Positions 34,403-48,445 of a stretch of 64,000 nucleotides of DNA are shown here, piece by piece. The notes beneath the pieces are model-generated. The model had not been told where the DNA came from, searched no databases, and saw only the letters and a list, made by a program, of their open reading frames with translations. The position numbers and the translations under genes were made by a program. Origin of the DNA: the human T2T-CHM13v2.0 reference genome, Homo sapiens; assembly GCF_009914755.1 (NCBI RefSeq), contig NC_060926.1; one strand, written 5' to 3'. Numbering within the stretch: the stretch's first letter is position 1; each line of letters opens with the position of its first letter.

Positions 34403-34905
34403 AGAGTTTACCTCAGAAACGCTAAAGCCACATGTTCAGTTTAACTGATAAATCAGTTATTATATCTGAGGCAAAAGAGAAGTTTTTTCCCTTAGGAATA
34501 GAGAGCAGGCAAGTGCTGAACATTAACATGTAAGGATTGGGGAATGGGAAAAAACTAAGTAGGAAAATCCTAGGAAATAAACACACACACAAATCTTCCA
34601 GTGAAAATTAAATTTTCAACAATTTCCCTCTCAAAACATCATCTGTAAAGCTAAAGGTTCAATTAATATCTCGGAAAGTCAGAATTAGAATAATATATTA
34701 CATTCTATAGATGACTGCTAATTAATCAAGAAATTACTAAGCTAAAACTGTAATACTCTTGGTTTCATATCCCTTTCAAAGGTACTAAATTCTATGATTT
34801 CAGAGTAGCGAGGAACTGGAGAGCATAATTACAAATCTATAATCTTTTAAAGTAATGAAAACCCAAACGAATACTAAAAACTTTTAAATGTTAAGAATGA
34901 CTAAC

Positions 34906-35042
34906 TTCACAAGATTCTGAAATGCAAAACCATCTGTCCATTGTTCAGTAAATGAAGCGCCATGTCTAACTGTTGTAAAGTGCCCGAGGCGTAATCGATC
35001 TTGCATACTCTTCTCTCTGCTTGACAGCTTTTCTTGTGTACT
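34906..35042 (-). CDS. TLK1: TLK1 coding exon (approx. exon 10, 137 nt): [45 protein letters not shown](K)
   Basis: Inside ORF 34884..35072; AG at 35044-35043, donor GTTAGT at 34905; contains the Tousled-family motif [23 protein letters not shown]. Confidence 0.98.
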
Positions 35043-35155
35043 CTGAAAAGGAGAAAAAAAATCATCACTCAATTGTATTCATTAATTTATAAAAGCATAC
35101 AAAGCAAAAGGGGCTAATGAAGGGAAAGCGAAAATTTACTCAACTTTTAGCCTAC

Positions 35156-35266
35156 CTTTTCAATAAGAAGTTTCTTGCTCATTGATATGCACTTATTTAA
35201 TCGTTCTTTGTATTTTTCAAGTAATTTTTGTTGTTCATCTATTTGCCGTCTGAGATCACAGTTAGC
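35156..35266 (-). CDS. TLK1: TLK1 coding exon (approx. exon 9, 111 nt): [37 protein letters not shown]
   Basis: AG at 35268-35267, donor GTAGGC at 35155; phase 0-0; 113-nt intron to the next exon. Confidence 0.97.
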
Positions 35267-35899
35267 CTATGACATAAGTAGAAAATGCAAGAGGTCTAGA
35301 CTGGGGAATATGAAAAGCTTAGAAATAGTTTTAATGTTCTAAATAAATTATATACAGATAGGACTAATAATATTAAATATCTGAGTATGATACGAGAAAA
35401 AAAAAAAGCCTACTTAACCATGAGATAATACTGTTAAATGTTACTTAAGTGTGTAGTGGAAAGTACATACAGGGAAATTTGTATCCATATCCATACATTC
35501 AAATCCATACTCTAAGGTTAACTTTGGCTAAGTTATAAGAACTTTAGTTCAGCTTTCTTATTTCTAAATAGAAGCAACACAATCTACCTCACTTTGTTAA
35601 AAATAACTAAAATATGGTATATAAAGTGTCTATCACTTAAAAATAAATGTGAGTTTTCCTCTATCTCTTATAATTAACAAATTAAATGTGGGTTTTCCTC
35701 TATCTCTTATAACTAACAAAATATTTTCTCCACTGAACTTATAAATGACATACACAAGTTGCCTACCCAACAACTGTCCTCACCATTCTTCCTTAGCAAT
35801 AGGATACTAATTCTGTTCACTTTGTAGGTGGCCATATGCTCAGAGAAGAGGCTTCCTTCTAACATCAAAAGATGAGTCTGATTAGTACAGTGGCAAGAG

Positions 35900-36052
35900 A
35901 ATAACCTATAGGGCTTGTTACAACAGATTACTGGGAACCATTCCCAGAGCTTCTGAATCAGGTCTCAGGAAGGACCTGAAAATTTCCGTTTCTAATAAGT
36001 TCTCCAGTAATACTGATGCTCCTGGTCTGAAGATCACACTTTGAGAATCAAA
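35900..36052. mobile_element. MER5-like DNA transposon remnant
   Basis: ttctaataagttctccagtaatactgatgct...cacactttgagaa. Confidence 0.6.
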
Positions 36053-36084
36053 AGTCTAGGCCAACCATGGTGGAATCCACAAGA

Positions 36085-37900
<1,816 letters not shown>

Positions 37901-38418
37901 ACTGTCAAATACAGTAGGATCACAGGTGTTGGTTTTATCGAGTTTCTACACCAGTAGTTCTCAATGCTGTCTTAAATTAAAGTTATCTGGGAGAGCCTTT
38001 AAAACTACCGATGTCCAAGACCTACATCATCATCAACTTGATCAGAACCCCTCAGGGTAGAGTTTCAGGCATTAGTACTTTCACCCTTCCCAACTGGTGA
38101 GTCTAAGGAGCATCAAGGGGTAAGAACTGCTGCTTTAAACCCTTACATTCTTAAGTATACTTCTAGATGTATTTTTAAATAAAGCTTCCATTAAAAATCC
38201 TACAGAACTGCAGCAGTTACTTCATCGTATAGGTATCAGATGTCAGGCATATAATAAAATCAATAAACTTTAACATGAAATGGCTATTTGTGTTATGGTA
38301 GTTGGTCATATAAATGTTATTAACTTCCAGTTCTCCAACAGTTTCTCAATTCCCAATTTATTGAAGATCTAATAAAATATTTCACTTTAAAATTGGTATT
38401 TTTCAATCATGTACTTAA

Positions 38419-38748
<330 letters not shown>

Positions 38749-38848
38749 TAGCTACAGATTTTTTTACAATGCTAAGTATTTTCTGAACAGTTTGACTGTT
38801 GCCAAATAATTTATTCAATTTTTTTCCCCTCTACGACTCATTACTTAC

Positions 38849-38941
38849 CCTGAGCAAATCATCTATACGTCCCTCCTTCTTTTCCAGGTCCTGGATTTTA
38901 TTACTTTCTAATGCTGCTAATTTCAGCATTGTGAGATCAGT
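38849..38941 (-). CDS. TLK1: TLK1 coding exon (approx. exon 8, 93 nt): [31 protein letters not shown]
   Basis: AG at 38943-38942, donor GTAAGT at 38848; phase 0-0. Confidence 0.97.
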
Positions 38942-40170
38942 CTAAATGAAAAAAAGTTATTTTATTATCTCCATTATATATGTTGTTTCAAGCAAACATA
39001 AAACTAGATTTTACTCCAAATTCAAAAGGTAAAGAAAAATATATTTGTGTGTATATGTAAAGTGAATCTCAAAAAGTTTTAGTGCAGTTTTAATAACTTC
39101 AAGTGTATAAATGCTACAGACTTACCAAGAAACATCTAGAAAGGCCAATTACTTAGAATACTGATGTTCTTCATTATAATTCAATATATCCGCTGCTTTG
39201 TGCTATACGTTCCTCTAGTTGATTTTTTTGAATTTTGCAAGACCTTTTTTAAATTGATAAGTAAAAACCTATCTATTTATGGTACACAACACGATGTTTT
39301 GATATATGTATATACAATGTGGAATGGCTAAATCAAGTTATTTAACACATATCTTTTTTTTGTGGTGTGAATAAAATCTACTCTCTTAGCAATTTTCATA
39401 TACACAAAATATTGTTTTTAACTGTAGCCCCTATGATGTATAATAGTTCCCTTGAACTTACTTTCCAACTAAAATTTTATGTCCTTTGACCAACATCTCA
39501 TGCAGCAAAACCTTTCATGATCTACTCAGTGGCTGAAAGGAATGTACTTCTAATCCTAGCCTCAGGATCATCCAAAGAAAGAGGTTTTGATACATGCACA
39601 ACAGTTTGGATATGACCTCACAAATACAGTCTAATAGAAATAAACTGTCAAGCTGAGCTTGAAGAGTAAGATCTACTCTCCCAAACCCCAGTCTGAGAAA
39701 GTGCCACTCAGAAACTGTCACATGTAAAAAATTAAAATGAAAAACTTAGTGCTCAAATTCATGAAACTAAATAAGTACAGAAAATATACAAATAATTCAA
39801 ATAATGTTTATAATTTGTCACATATACGTATTTAATAAATACAGTCAAATGAGAGGCTTTAATGTCCACTTCTAAAAAATACAGCAGTTTCACAAAATAT
39901 CAATTACATATACTTGGAAATTAAGTTCAGAAAGAATCAGTAAACAGAACTGACATGTTAACGGTTGTTTAAAAAGCTGATAGTAAATTGTGTGTTTCAG
40001 TTTCTCACTCCTTCCTACAAATTCTGTTGTTTTTGTTTAGTAAGTTATCTTTCTTGATGTGTAATTCTGCTTTATGACTACATATAAAACAAACAGACAT
40101 CTTAGTTGTTAGTAAGTTAGTCAATGGTTTCTTAGAAGCCATAGAAAAAAACATTTTAATTATCATTTAC

Positions 40171-40260
40171 CTGAATAATTTTAAAGGATAATTGCTTTGG
40201 TTGTACAATAGGGTGGTCCCCAAATGCTAATGCAGTAGGAGAAGGGCTATTCGGTCGAAC
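40171..40260 (-). CDS. TLK1: TLK1 coding exon (approx. exon 7, 90 nt): VRPNSPSPTALAFGDHPIVQPKQLSFKIIQ
   Basis: AG at 40262-40261, donor GTAAAT at 40170; phase 0-0. Confidence 0.97.
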
Positions 40261-41559
40261 CTAAAGAAATTATTAAAATTTTTATATTAGCAAAAAAAAA
40301 AAAAAAAAAACACAAAACAAAACAGATTTCTAATTAGCAACAATTACTTAACATTTCTGAAGAAGTTTCTATCAGAATAATACCTAAATTGAAACATAAT
40401 TGACTTTTAAAACCTTTAATCACCATTTATTCAACAAGTGTTCATTAAGTACCTCCTACATAAGACCCAGTGAGAAATACAACAATATATTCCCTGCCCT
40501 CATAGAGCTTACATTCTAGTGCCATAAAAGAAATCTTAATGCTTTCATACAGTTAAAAAAAAAACAAGGCCAAATAAATTATTCTGAAAAATATTAAACA
40601 ATGATTATGATAGTTGAAAAAACAAACTTACTAGGGACAATAATACACGCCCATATGTAGTTTAATATCAATTTATCAATGAATTTCATAGTTTATCTGG
40701 TCACTAGTTCAAAAAGACACTCACTGAAAGCAGATTATAACATTGTATCAGCGCTATCACTACAACTCTTAGTTACTGTTGAATCTTATGCCTTACTTTT
40801 ATACACGGCAATGTGATATCCTGAAAGGTACAAAATGAGTAAAACAAAACCAAGTATGTCTAAAGACAAAGGACAAGAAGGGGACACAAGACATAAAAAC
40901 AAGATGTTTGAATAAATAAGTGAAACTCTGATTTTTAAAAATCTTTAATTCCTCTTTAAATTACTGAAAACCAATATTGTTTTTCTAGTTAGATATTGAA
41001 CTTTCACACAATGAAAGTAAATTTAAAAATGAAATCCAATATGCAAAACAATGCATATAAAAGAACTATATCTAAAATGTTATGAAAAAACCAAAAAGTT
41101 TAAGATAATTTTAAGTCCATGATTCTTTTCCTATACTGAACTACATACCCTGCCTTTTTCTTAAGGATTCCCAGAAAGGAATCATGCTATCATTTTAGTG
41201 GTTAAGAAATTCAATTGTTAAGAAAGTTATAAATTAGGAATCAACAACTGAATACAGACTGATACAAGAGTACTCATGTTAGTCCCACAGACTCAACAGG
41301 CATTCTTTTAACATAAACAATGCTTCTTGGATATAATTAATTCAGAAAATCTTTAAGAGGCTCACTTCCAGAAATAAAATTCCAATAGCACCAGATAACT
41401 TAAAAGGATTTAATTCATGTCACAGAAATAATGTATTAAAAGATAAATGCTAACTTATTTATATAGAAGTTCTCAATAAAAAACAACAAATTATAAAACT
41501 TATTCAGTGTACATAACCCTCCCAAAGACTACACATGAAAAACTTGAAAGATGACTTAC

Positions 41560-41655
41560 AGATGAGGAAGGAGTGGAATGTGAATGTGAATTTTGAGGAG
41601 AACGGATTGCAGGAGGTATGCCTCTTACTGGACTTGAGCCATTTCCACCCTGGTA
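41560..41655 (-). CDS. TLK1: TLK1 coding exon (approx. exon 6, 96 nt): YQGGNGSSPVRGIPPAIRSPQNSHSHSTPSSS
   Basis: AG at 41657-41656, donor GTAAGT at 41559; phase 0-0. Confidence 0.97.
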
Positions 41656-43239
41656 CTGAGTAAAAGAAAAAGGAAGCATTATTATTTACTAAAGCAGGCT
41701 CAGACAGTTATTTCAGATATGACATTAAGAATTAATCTAAATATACCTAATTTTAAAATAAGTAGTCATTTAAATGGGTCCAGAACAAAAAAAAAAAACA
41801 CAAGGTCAGCCAAGTCCTAAAAGACTAAGAGACTACTGATCACAAGAACATGACGAGACTGTTTTATAAAGATCCTTATTACTCTATATTCTGACTATCA
41901 TCTGTTATTTTGGTCAACTCAAAGACAAATAAATTCCTCCAAAGCAATAAACATATTTTGTTTTCCCCCCAAATCTTAGCACAGGTCCCCTACAAATGTT
42001 TATTGAGCCATATAGTCCCTAATCCCAAGAAATTTCAAAATGTTTACCCATAGACCTTAGTGAACATAATCAACTATTTTAAACAGAATATCATTCTCAA
42101 GATACCCAAGTGTTCATGGCACTATATAAAAAGAATTATAATAGGTCCCTTCCCTCTAACAGCACAAAATCTTTAAAAAATCAATTCTTCTGTACAAAGT
42201 GCATGACTTAGCTGCATATGAAGAGAAGCCAACTGATCTATTCCATAGCTATCTTTTCTCCTATTTCAAGTTCACATACGAAGGATGGGAAAAGAAAATA
42301 ACTTGCTGCAGCAAAGTTCCTCTGGGGGTGTAGATTATTGTCCATTTCATCATTTCTTGTTTAATTACTTTACTTACATGAACAGCACAGATAGGAACTT
42401 CCCAGCATGTTCATTAAACAACTTCCTGCAACCTAGGGATTTTGCCTTATTTATTTTATCAATAGAGCCTAGCATAAAATTTAGCACATAGTAGGCATTC
42501 AAGAGACATTTGTTGATTTGAATTCATCGTACCTTTGGCAAAGGTTCTTAATTAATGATATCAGTAAGTGACTGACCTCAACCAAAGAGCATCAGGTATC
42601 TCATGGTCAGCAACTGCTTTACTTTAGATTTTACGAACCCAAGAAAGAAAGCAGTGGTGGAAAAAAAAATCAGTCCTTCCCTTAATCAGCCAATTCTGCT
42701 CTCTCAAGTAAACATAAATATTTTTCAATTGAGTAGACCATGTTTGTTGTTTTAATAATTACACTTGATAGTAGAAAGAATTCTCAACTAGAGAGCCAGT
42801 GAACTTTAACTTCTATTCTTTACTCTTCAATTCAGACTTTGCCTTAAATGGGTTAACCCATTTATGCCTAGTGTTCTATTATTGCTCAAGGTCACTGCTG
42901 CCACGGTCTGACTGCAAAAATTCAAAAAATTACGGTGTAGGCTACTTTACATTTCTGGTCTTCAGTTTCATCATCTGTAAACTGAAACACTAATATGTAT
43001 TTTGCCTATCTTACAGGTTATTATAAACAACTATGTGAGAAAGTATTTAGAAAAAAATGATATGGCATCCCAATGTAAATGTAAATCTAATTTTCCTAGA
43101 AAGATATCACATAGTAATAAAGCTCTGCTCTAATCAAGTAAGTAATCAAAAGCTGACCTTGTGCTTCTAAGAAATTATTTCTAGCTCACAGCAGAATAGT
43201 ACTGAATTAGGAAATGGAGACAATCCTCAATGAACTTAC

Positions 43240-43286
43240 TTCAAAATAGTCGCTAATTTTGTGGCCACGTCCCCCAATACTTTTTC
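43240..43286 (-). CDS. TLK1: TLK1 coding exon (approx. exon 5, 47 nt): (G)KSIGGRGHKISDYFE
   Basis: Peptide visible inside ORF 43207..43413; AG at 43288-43287, donor GTAAGT at 43239; phase 1 to 0. Confidence 0.97.
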
Positions 43287-44744
43287 CTAAAATATAAGAA
43301 GCGCATGATGTTAGTAGGGTAGTGATGGGCATCAAAAAAATATTAAGAGTCCGCAGGACATCAGCTATCAATTTCACAAATATGAAAATCAAATGACATT
43401 TCAATAGAGACATGCCAATTTTTAAAAGTTCCAGTTATTGGAGAATCTTACAAATAAATGATGTAAGTGATGTCCTGTTTTAAAACTACATTATTAATAC
43501 TGCTTAATAACTACTAATTTCAGAAAAGCAAATCAGTAAATAAAAAAGTAGCGACTGCATCACTGACAAACTAACCTTTACTTGTAAATAATAATAAAAC
43601 AGCTTTAGTTATACAAACCATAACATGATTCCTGTCAAACTGACAGTAACACACTTCAATAGGAATGTTATTTTGTAAAATGTATTTTGATTTTCTAAAA
43701 AGCATTCCCAAATTAAATACAATGTTTTTTAAAAACTAGATTGTAAATATTGCTCATATATGACCACGCTGACAAAGTGAACCAGCTCATTAGAGATCAC
43801 GCTATTTTTTAAATATTTTGCTCTAAAATGGATTCTTCATCAGTCCTGTAAGTTTTAAATTAAGAACTTGCTAAGAAATACAATGTTTAGAGATGCTTTC
43901 TTGGGGGAGAAGTAACCATCCTTGACTGGAACTATACAGAATACACGATTTCTTCAAGTTACAACTAGTGATATCACAAAGTCAAAAGCTTTGCTTAATA
44001 TAAACATACATATATTTGTTAATTCAATGCTGACTTATTTCATGATTCATTTATTTTATTTAACAAATATTTCTTAAGTGGTTACTATGTGCCAGGCATT
44101 ACTAAGATGAAAAACAGTATTCTTAAAAGTTTAACAACTTTAAATTCCTTCTTGGAACAAGGTGGGGGGAATTTTTAAAAACTAAACAAGTATTCAGGAC
44201 TACCAATGCTACCTAGAAATTTTGAACATTAGTTCTGCACAGATTTATTTAGAGGTCAGAGATGACTGTAAAGGTCTTATACTAAAGGGACTTCCCTTCT
44301 GTCCATAATAATTTCTCTGTAGATTCTAAAGAGGTACTATATTTTAATGAAGACAGATGGTTTTGGTTGCCTACTCCAGAAGCTATTTCCCCAATTCTCT
44401 TTCCTTAACTGAATGGAAATTTTGTTCTGTTAACACCCTTCACCCTACATGGCACATGTAACTTCAGAGGAAGCTGACTCCTATACAACTTCCACTTCCA
44501 GGTCCCCTTCTCACCTTCTTATTAGAAATCCAATTTTGTTCAAGTATCATCCCTTCTCCATACAGGCTGTATGTTTAAGAACTTAATTCCATTTCCAGGT
44601 TCAAAGATGGCCCTGATTTTTTTCTTTTTTTAAATTTCTGACACTATCCACCTACAGATGGCCTGATTTTTTTTAAGGCAATAGTACCTCTGTTGGTCCT
44701 AACTAGTTTTGGAATGGACATATGACCAATCTAGTCCATAAGAT

Positions 44745-45078
44745 CAGTAGTTCCCCACCTTTTTGGCACCAGGGACCAGTTTTGTGGAAGACAATTTATC
44801 CACAGACTGCGGGGAGTAGGGGAGATGGTTTTGGGATGAAACGGTTCCACCTCAGATCATCAGGCATTAGATTCTCATAAGGGAGTGCATAACCTGGATC
44901 CCTTGCATGTGCAGTTCACAATAAGGTTCACACTCCTATGAGAATCTAACGCTGCCGCTGATCTGACAGGAGGCCGAGCTTAGGCGGTAATGCTCACTGG
45001 CCCGCTGCTCACCTCCTGCTGTACGACCCATTTCCCAATAGGCCAAGGACTGGAAGACCGGGAGGTTGGGGAACCCTG
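44745..45078 (-). mobile_element. MER1B hAT-Charlie DNA transposon hosting the cassette exon
   Basis: Both termini visible (CAGGGTTCCCCAACC...GGGGAACTACTG on minus), 8-bp TSD cataagat/cagaagat. Confidence 0.92.
45013..45075 (-). CDS. TLK1: TLK1 alternative cassette exon (63 nt) derived from MER1B: (G)FPNLPVFQSLAYWEMGRTAG(G)
   Basis: Acceptor cctctcctctcatcttctgcag|G, donor GAG|GTGAGC, 63 nt, stop-free in phase 1; matches my recollection of a 21-aa-insert TLK1 isoform. Confidence 0.8.
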
Positions 45079-46169
45079 CAGAAGATGAGAGGAGAGGTCT
45101 GCTTTGGACTTGAAGTCAAGTTTACTCCAAAGGAAGGGGGGAAAAAACACTGAAAGCCAGACTAAAGCAAATATAAGTGAGGAAGGTGAAACAAGAAAAA
45201 ACAATTTAGGCAACCATCCTAAAAACAAAGATAATCAGACAATTCTGTAGATGGCAGACCACAAAGGAAAAAAACATGGTTCAACCAATCCAGAAGCCTC
45301 ATCTTATTCGGGGGCTTGTTTTTGAGTTTATATCTTTACAATAAATAAAGCTCCAAGTCCACTAACTACAACCTGGGGGAGGCTACACTAAGACCAAAAA
45401 GGAGCTCAGTGTAAACTGAGATACAAAATACAATACACCTCAGAAAAGGCACTAAAATGACTTACCCTTCCTTCCATAAAGACAGTTGCTGCAAATACAT
45501 TCCTTGCTTCCAGTGCCCTATATACACCAGTAAGTCATGGGTTCACAGCCATAGATCTTATGGCTAAAGATTGGCTCCAACACATGTAACATTATGTATA
45601 AAGTCATCATTATACACGATTTAAGAGCCCAATTTATTATATTTAATTTTGAGTGCTCAAATTAAATGACAACACTATTTTTCTATTCATTATAAGATAT
45701 TTAGTTAAATGAAAATAATTTTCTTAGTTCATATCACAAAAAGTAGGTATGCAAGAAAGGATGGAAAGAAAAACAGATAATACTTTAACTAGAGTCTCTC
45801 ATAATTATTTTGATAGCCTTTTTTTTAAATAAATGGGAAAAGTTTGAGTAGTTCTGTTAAAGTGAGATTGAAGTTTTTAATTCAAAAACAAGCCATTTCA
45901 ATACAATATATATAAAGAATGAAAAATGAAAAGTCATAAGTTAATGCTTGCCAGATTTGGACATGATACTTGTCTTTCTAGGACCCAAATGAAAACAATA
46001 AGGGCAACATTGAAAAGCCTAAAAGCAATCATTATACACTAACTACCTGTGCACACACCAAAATTTACAACTTCATATTATTTTACAATTAGAGTATTAA
46101 TTGGTTAAAAATTAAAACAATTAATTTTAAGTGTCCACTAGGCTCTGAAGGAAGATGTTATGTGCTTAC

Positions 46170-46245
46170 CCTGACTACTTTCATTCTGGTTTTCTGCTTT
46201 TCTCTTTCTTCCCCTGGATGATTCCGATTGTTTCTTCTCCGGTGT
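46170..46245 (-). CDS. TLK1: TLK1 coding exon (approx. exon 4, 76 nt): TPEKKQSESSRGRKRKAENQNESSQ(G), with basic NLS-like RGRKRK
   Basis: AG at 46247-46246, donor GTAAGC at 46169; phase 0 to 1. Confidence 0.97.
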
Positions 46246-46787
46246 CTACAGAAAACAAGATAACAGATTTTTAAATGACAGTTTTAATATACAAAATTAT
46301 CACAGTCAACATAAAACCATGTTTCGAGACCAAAAAAATAGCATTCAGTAGTGCTCAAGAGATGTTAATATACTGTTATTTACACACAATTTATTTAAAA
46401 GATAAAATTTCCTATTGTATACATTTTAAAATTCCAAGTAGAGAAGACCTTGTACATATTATCTGATATTCAGTTACAGAATTTGACATGAAGTGGATGA
46501 AAAATCCTAGAATAATTAGCCTTTAAAAGATGACCTTCAAATGCTTAACTGGATGAGGGGGAAAAAAATCACCTTAGTGTTTCCTATGAGTTTTTTCCTA
46601 TTAAGTTTTTCCTTAGTTTCCTACTACTCAAACATACTTAGTGTATAAAAGTAAACTTGGATGAGAAAAAAGGGGCAGAACACAAACCCTGATATACACA
46701 ATCCCTACTAAAAAGGACCATCCACGTAAATGCCTGGCAATTATTATCCAACCGTTATAGCCAATTCACAGATTATGCCCCAGATAA

Positions 46788-47113
46788 CGGATCAGTAAAC
46801 TATGGCCTATGGGCCTAATCAGTTTGGTCACCTGTTCTGTATGATCGAACCATAGCTTTCACACTTTTAAATGTTTGAAATTTTAAAAATTCAAAACAAA
46901 AAGAATATTTTGTGGTGTGAGAATTACAAGAAATTCAAGTTTCAGTATTCCTAATAAAATTTTATTGGAACACAGCCACACTCTTTCATTTAGGTATTGT
47001 CTATAGCTGCTTTTACATTACAACGGCAGAGCTGAGTAGCTGCAACAGAGTTGGAATGGCCCATAAAGTCGCAAACATCTGGCTTTTTACAAAAAAAGTT
47101 AACAGATCCCTGC
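46788..47113. mobile_element. MER58-like DNA transposon
   Basis: aaactatggcctatgggcc start, ttttattggaacacagccac core, acagatccctg end. Confidence 0.7.
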
Positions 47114-48151
47114 TCTAGATGGTGGCTCTGGTTCCAAATGACATGTGTGTTCCTATAACAGATAGAAAGTATCTTCATTAGACTAATACAAGTAATTTTT
47201 CTGGAGTTTGACAAACTTTCCTGCTTAGTCAAAAATTAAAACCAAGAGCAAAAGCACAGGCAATGGCACCAGGCCCTCAAATTCTAGAAACGTGGTAAGC
47301 ACCTCTGGTGCCAGAAAAATTCCTGAACTTCACAAGAGCTCCACTAATATTTGACTGAATGAATGAATGAATCTTACTAAACAACTTAAAATAAATCTCT
47401 TAAAAGCATCATGGTCCCCCAACAAGGAAGGGATTTAATCCGTATTTTCATGTCTCTGAGTGGGCCTACAATTAAATATATGAATAACAATACATAGCCT
47501 AATTCTTATTGAACACATATTGTTCCTCTAAGTACCATCTTGAGTATTTAAAGTTCTCCCACCTCCATTTTGCCAACAAGATAACAGATTCAGAGAAATT
47601 GGACCAAATGTTCATAGCATCTGAATTCTTTAAATACAGATGTTACATCTTCTCCCTATCTCACCCTCTTACCCCACCCCTAGCATACAGTTATTACTTG
47701 ATAAATACATGCATGAATATTAAGTAACCTACTCAAGGTAACACTACCAGTGTGGCAGAGCCAGGATTCAAATTAAATTCAGTTCTGTATGATTCTAAGA
47801 CCTAAATGCTCTTTATTTTTTCTATGATATCCTACATCAAGAACTAACTAAATGAATCTACTATACAAAAATATTTCAGAATTTTACTGTTTATGAATAA
47901 AACTCAATATGTCCAATGAAATGCCAGTATGTTTTCATTTCACAAACCAGAAGTCTTAAAGAAATCCACCCTAACTGGCCATCTACTCAGGAGGTAGACT
48001 GATGTACCAGCAATTTTGGGTAGGTAGTTTACTACTTTTGTTTCATTGTCAAAATTACCAAACTCAAACAATAATCAATCTTCTGTTTTCCTAGAAATAA
48101 AAATATCACTACATTAAAAATTCTTTTAACATTTATTAAAGAACCCTAAAT

Positions 48152-48445
48152 CGGCCGGGTGCAGTGACTCATGCCTGCAATCTCAGCACTTTCGGAGGCC
48201 GAGGCGGGCAGATCATATGAGGTCAGGAGTTCTAGACCAGCCTGGCCAACATGGTGAAACCCTGACTCTACTAAAAATATAAAAATTAGCCGGGCATGGT
48301 GGTGCATGCCTGTAGTGCCAGCTACTCGGGAGGCTGAAGCACAAGACTCGCTTGAACACAGGAGGTAGGGGTTGCAGTGAGCCAAGATCACACCACTGCA
48401 CTCCAGTTTGGGTGACACAGCGAGACTCCATCTCAAAAACAAAAG
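48152..48445 (+). mobile_element. Alu (AluS-like)
   Basis: Dimer; aaagaaccc TSD. Confidence 0.93.
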
